From Nanobdellota archaeon (GTDB taxonomy: Archaea; Nanobdellota; Nanobdellia; SCGC-AAA011-G17; JACPNG01): 41,252 nt of DNA. Below, piece by piece: positions 38,148-41,252 of this stretch. Below the pieces are notes generated by a model that saw only the letters and a list, made by a program, of their open reading frames with translations, did no database searches and was not told the origin of the DNA. The stretch's first letter is position 1; the number at the start of each line of letters is the position of its first letter. The stretch spans positions 14,425 to 55,676 of the forward strand of contig JBBSWJ010000020.1 of assembly GCA_038046345.1 (NCBI GenBank), in the 5' to 3' direction. Both the position numbers and the translations under genes were made by a program.

Positions 38148-38447
38148 GTGATCACTTTATTTATGAATGGCTCAATTCCTGTTATTATGATATGATTCTC
38201 AATTACTTCTTTAATTAAAATGTCTTCTCTTAAGTTGTTTTCAAAAATATCTTGAGGATATTGTTTAATACTTACTTTCACACTTTTCTAAGCACCATTT
38301 TATTTTGTCCACGTGATCACTTTATTTATGAATGGCTCAATTCCTGTTATTATGATATGATTCTCAATTACTTCTTTAATTAAAATGTCTTCTCTTAAGT
38401 TGTTTTCAAAAATATCTTGAGGATATTGTTTAATACTTACTTTCACA
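38118..38447. repeat. Exact 165-bp tandem duplication (38118-38282 and 38283-38447)
   Basis: Compared base by base from CTTTTCTAAGCACC to CTTACTTTCACA; covers the MNT 3' end and HEPN 5' end. Confidence 0.96.
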
Positions 38448-38896
38448 CCATAGGTTTCTGAGATTTCTTTTATTTTTTTATTATTGCAAGCTCCTACAAC
38501 AAAAATGTCCAAATCAGAATATTTTTTTTCTAATCCTTTTGCATAACTGCCAAAAATAATACTTATTCCTTTAATGTGATTTTCAATTTTTTCTATTATG
38601 GTTTTAATAGTAAGATTCTTTTGGAAAAAATTGATTTTTTTGTAAGTTTCAGCCATAACAAAATATTCTCTTGTAGTTATATCTGGCTTTATTTGATAGG
38701 TCTTTATTTTGCCTCTTCGTGTTGATGTTAGAATGGCTCTTTTTTCTAAATCTTCAAGTGTAAGCAATGCTGTTCTTGTGCTTATCTTTAGCATTTTTTG
38801 TATTTCTCTGATGTAATAATTCTTATCATAGCCTTTGGTATAAAGACTAAGGATTTTGAAGTGGTTCTCTCCAAGTTTGTTTACTTTTTGAATCAT
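38300..38896 (-). CDS. wHTH plus MNT antitoxin
   Basis: YYIREIQKMLKISTRT HTH; IFGSYAKGLEKKYSDLDIFV; best start ATG 38896. Confidence 0.9.
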   Translation of the reverse strand: MIQKVNKLGENHFKILSLYTKGYDKNYYIREIQKMLKISTRTALLTLEDLEKRAILTSTRRGKIKTYQIKPDITTREYFVMAETYKKINFFQKNLTIKTIIEKIENHIKGISIIFGSYAKGLEKKYSDLDIFVVGACNNKKIKEISETYGVKVSIKQYPQDIFENNLREDILIKEVIENHIIITGIEPFINKVITWTK

Positions 38897-39001
38897 ATGA
38901 ATGATAAAGTAAACAATAGTATATAAAACTTTTGTTTTCAAAGCCTCAAAACATCCATTTAGCGAGTTGCTCAAATGTACAAATTCGCAAGACACAAGCC
39001 A

Positions 39002-39151
39002 TCAGCTCAAGAATAGGCAGATGCTTTCAGACTTTACTACAATTACATAAAACCCCATTCAACCTTTAATGGATTGATACCTTCTGAGGTGGCCGGAATA
39101 AGACTAAATTTGAAAAAAAAATTGTCTTGTCTTTTGTTAGTCTATCCATAA
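39002..39151 (+). pseudogene. Degraded DDE transposase C-terminal remnant (IS6-like)
   Basis: SAQE*ADAFRLYYNYIKPHSTFNGLIPSEVAGI resembles the YN-x2-RPH-x2-L-G-TP-E end of DDE transposases; has an in-frame stop. Confidence 0.65.
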
Positions 39152-39191
39152 AGTGGCTAATGAAAAACTGCTTATATGCTTTTTGAAGATG

Positions 39192-39899
39192 CTACGTATA
39201 TTTTTTGATAATCTTAAGGAAACTTTCGTTTAAACCATCTAACCGGAAAATTACAACTTCTTTTATGTTGTTATTTTTACAGAATTCTAGATCTTCTTGA
39301 AGGTTTTCTGGAGAGATTATAGGCTCATTGCCGAGAATACCAGTAGCAATACAGCCTAAACCGATGATTAGTCTGTCTTTGTCTAGATTTTTTATTTCTT
39401 TGTGCTTAACCTCTTTTAATGAAGAATGCAAACTTGAGTACATCATTTTTATAATCTTATTTTCATACCGTTGAAAATTCAATCCGAGAAATTTTAAAAA
39501 TTTATTACTGTAAAAATATTCAGAAGTATAAACCTTTTTTGAATAGTCCTTGAAAAATTTCTTGATTAAAGATTTGTTTCTAAAAAACTGTGGATTGAAT
39601 AAGAGTAATCGGTTCTTTGGAAACTCAGCATCCCACATAACTGAATTGAGCCTAGAGTATTCTTTTAACTGCTGCTTTAATACTTTAGTAGGTACAAATG
39701 GTGATAAGTAATAGCCATTTTTAATGTTTAATATCGGCCAGTAAACAAACTCAATGTTGTTTTGTGAAAATTGAATCTTCCATTTGTTAAACTCTTGATA
39801 GGATTTTGACGCTAAAAATAATTTAGACTGCCAGGATATGAATTTTAATTTAGATAAGGATTTGACACTTGGAAATTCCTCAAAAAAATAAATCTTCAT
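39192..39899 (-). CDS. Conserved hypothetical protein (possible TIM-barrel glycoside hydrolase-like)
   Basis: 235 aa; YWPIL..GYYLSPF, WDAEFP, GLGCIATGILGNEP, VVIFRLDG; ATGA-coupled to the GT2 gene. Confidence 0.6.
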   Translation of the reverse strand: MKIYFFEEFPSVKSLSKLKFISWQSKLFLASKSYQEFNKWKIQFSQNNIEFVYWPILNIKNGYYLSPFVPTKVLKQQLKEYSRLNSVMWDAEFPKNRLLLFNPQFFRNKSLIKKFFKDYSKKVYTSEYFYSNKFLKFLGLNFQRYENKIIKMMYSSLHSSLKEVKHKEIKNLDKDRLIIGLGCIATGILGNEPIISPENLQEDLEFCKNNNIKEVVIFRLDGLNESFLKIIKKYT

Positions 39900-40531
39900 C
39901 TGATAGCCTCATACTCCTTCTTAGACGGAAAGAAATATTCTTTAATCCAGAAAAGAACAGTGTTTGCATAACCTATTTTTTGATACCTTCTTGTGGAAGG
40001 ATGTACAGGTGAAGTAATTACATAAAATTTAGCATACTTATTTGCTTTTTTTAGAAATATCCCGTCTTCAAACTTAGATAAAGATTCATCAAAACCTCCT
40101 ACTTTATTAAAAATTTCTTTTGAACAAAATATCAAACCTGCAGATGATCTTGCGTACTGAGTTAAAAATTTTAAAAAAAAATAAATATTATCCTTTAGGT
40201 TTTTAGAGCACGGAGCAGCGCGCGCAGTACCATAACCCTTGCATTTACTGATGTGATTAAGAACATTTTTGCTTAATATCGTGTCTGCGTCTAGAAAAAC
40301 TAAGGTGTTATATTTGGATATACCCGCCCCTTTATTTCTAGCTTTTGATACTCCGCGTGTTTTTATGGAGATAGTTTTATCTGCAAATTTTTTAGCAATT
40401 TTTTCAGTATTATCCGTACAACCATTTGGCACAACAATCACTTCATGCGGCACAAGTTGAGAACGAACGCTAATGATTGTTTGTTCAAGGTATTTTTCTT
40501 CATTATATGCAGGAATGATAACTGAAATCAT
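39896..40531 (-). CDS. Family 2 glycosyltransferase
   Basis: ISVIIPAYNEEKYL, GVSKARNKG, FLDAD, GGFDE...ED. Confidence 0.95.
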   Translation of the reverse strand: MISVIIPAYNEEKYLEQTIISVRSQLVPHEVIVVPNGCTDNTEKIAKKFADKTISIKTRGVSKARNKGAGISKYNTLVFLDADTILSKNVLNHISKCKGYGTARAAPCSKNLKDNIYFFLKFLTQYARSSAGLIFCSKEIFNKVGGFDESLSKFEDGIFLKKANKYAKFYVITSPVHPSTRRYQKIGYANTVLFWIKEYFFPSKKEYEAIR

Positions 40532-40572
40532 AATAGCAACTTTTAAAAAGAAACTATATAAGGTTTACTGGT

Positions 40573-41184
40573 ATGGAGTTACAAGAAAAATTAATGGAGT
40601 TTCAGCAGTCAGTACAGGGGTTATCTCAGAAAGAACAACAAGAAAAATTACAAGAATTTTTAAAAACCTTAGACAAAGAAGAGATAGAACAACTACAACA
40701 AGGACAATGCGTCATCTGCGGAATAGCGCAAGGAGCAGTTCCAAGCAATGTAGTGTATGAAGATCTACAAGTAAAAGCCGTGTTAGATATTAATCCAGTG
40801 AGCAAAGGACATGCAATCTTATTTTCAAAGGAGCATGTAGGATTATTGGTTATGCTGCCTGATGAGTTAGTGGGTAAGCTGTTTATAGTAGCAAATAGTA
40901 TAGCAAAAGCACAATTTGAAAGTTTGAAAGCAGAAGGAACTAATATACTTGTTTCAAATGGAGCAGGAGCAGGGCAAACATTACCGCATGCAATAATTAA
41001 TATAATTCCAAGATACAAGGGCGATAAGATAAAATTTGAGCTACCCCCAAGTAAAGCAGACAGCGAAGAATTGAAAAATATTGCTGAAGAAATTAGAAGC
41101 AAGGTAGTTGTGGAAAAAGAAGAGGACGTTGTTGAAGAGAAAGAAATTGAGGAAGAAGAGTTTTATAGGGAGCATACCCCATAG
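40573..41184 (+). CDS. HIT-family protein with degenerate histidine triad
   Basis: CVICGIAQG...VYED...VLDINPVSKGHAILF...NGAGAGQTLPHAIINIIPRY. Confidence 0.88.
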   Translation: MELQEKLMEFQQSVQGLSQKEQQEKLQEFLKTLDKEEIEQLQQGQCVICGIAQGAVPSNVVYEDLQVKAVLDINPVSKGHAILFSKEHVGLLVMLPDELVGKLFIVANSIAKAQFESLKAEGTNILVSNGAGAGQTLPHAIINIIPRYKGDKIKFELPPSKADSEELKNIAEEIRSKVVVEKEEDVVEEKEIEEEEFYREHTP

Positions 41185-41214
41185 TTTTTTATATTATTTT
41201 AATTCTTTAGTATT

Positions 41215-41252
41215 ATGAAAAGAGGACAAGTAACAATATTTGTTGTAGTGGG
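41215..41252 (+). CDS. Partial CDS with class III signal (cut off by the window edge)
   Basis: MKRG/QVTIFVVV..., the same start type as the 17657 protein. Confidence 0.75.
   Translation, partial: MKRGQVTIFVVV

Noticed and set aside
149-41102. Many antisense or overlapping ORFs in the track (e.g. 2959-3402, 5691-6170, 7257-7712, 22710-23267, 33984-34490, 40626-41102)
   Set aside because: They lie opposite or inside well-supported genes and show no motifs; treated as shadow ORFs.

Overview
AT-rich chromosomal window of a DPANN archaeon, most likely Woesearchaeota (inferred from gene families, not a database hit). Left: conserved hypothetical, argS, wHTH, LonB, a PRC-barrel gene, then a clear replication origin (inverted ORB boxes around an AT-rich core) upstream of cdc6-DP1-DP2. 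Next come a TctA-like permease, Alba, rps17e, tRNA-Thr and a variable patch (JAB/MPN-like protein, IscA-type carrier, NucS, MNT with a frameshifted HEPN) ending at tRNA-Val. Centre (17.5-31.2 kb): a coupled surface locus with five class-III-signal-like proteins, a giant Cys-rich exported protein that looks frameshifted near its end, two more membrane/exported proteins, and RPA. Right: vapBC, small genes, a PC4-like gene coupled to radA (407-aa LAGLIDADG intein), HAD, tRNA-Arg, Zn finger, EF-1beta, a second MNT-HEPN module with an exact 165-bp tandem duplication, gene remnants, GT2 and a degenerate HIT. The most novel signals are a recurring palindrome TGAAA-N3-TTTCA (in oriC, near vapBC/ydjM-like genes and in the radA operon leader) and the giant-protein/pilin-like locus. 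No rRNA or CRISPR array was seen. All calls come from reading the sequence; no searches were run.
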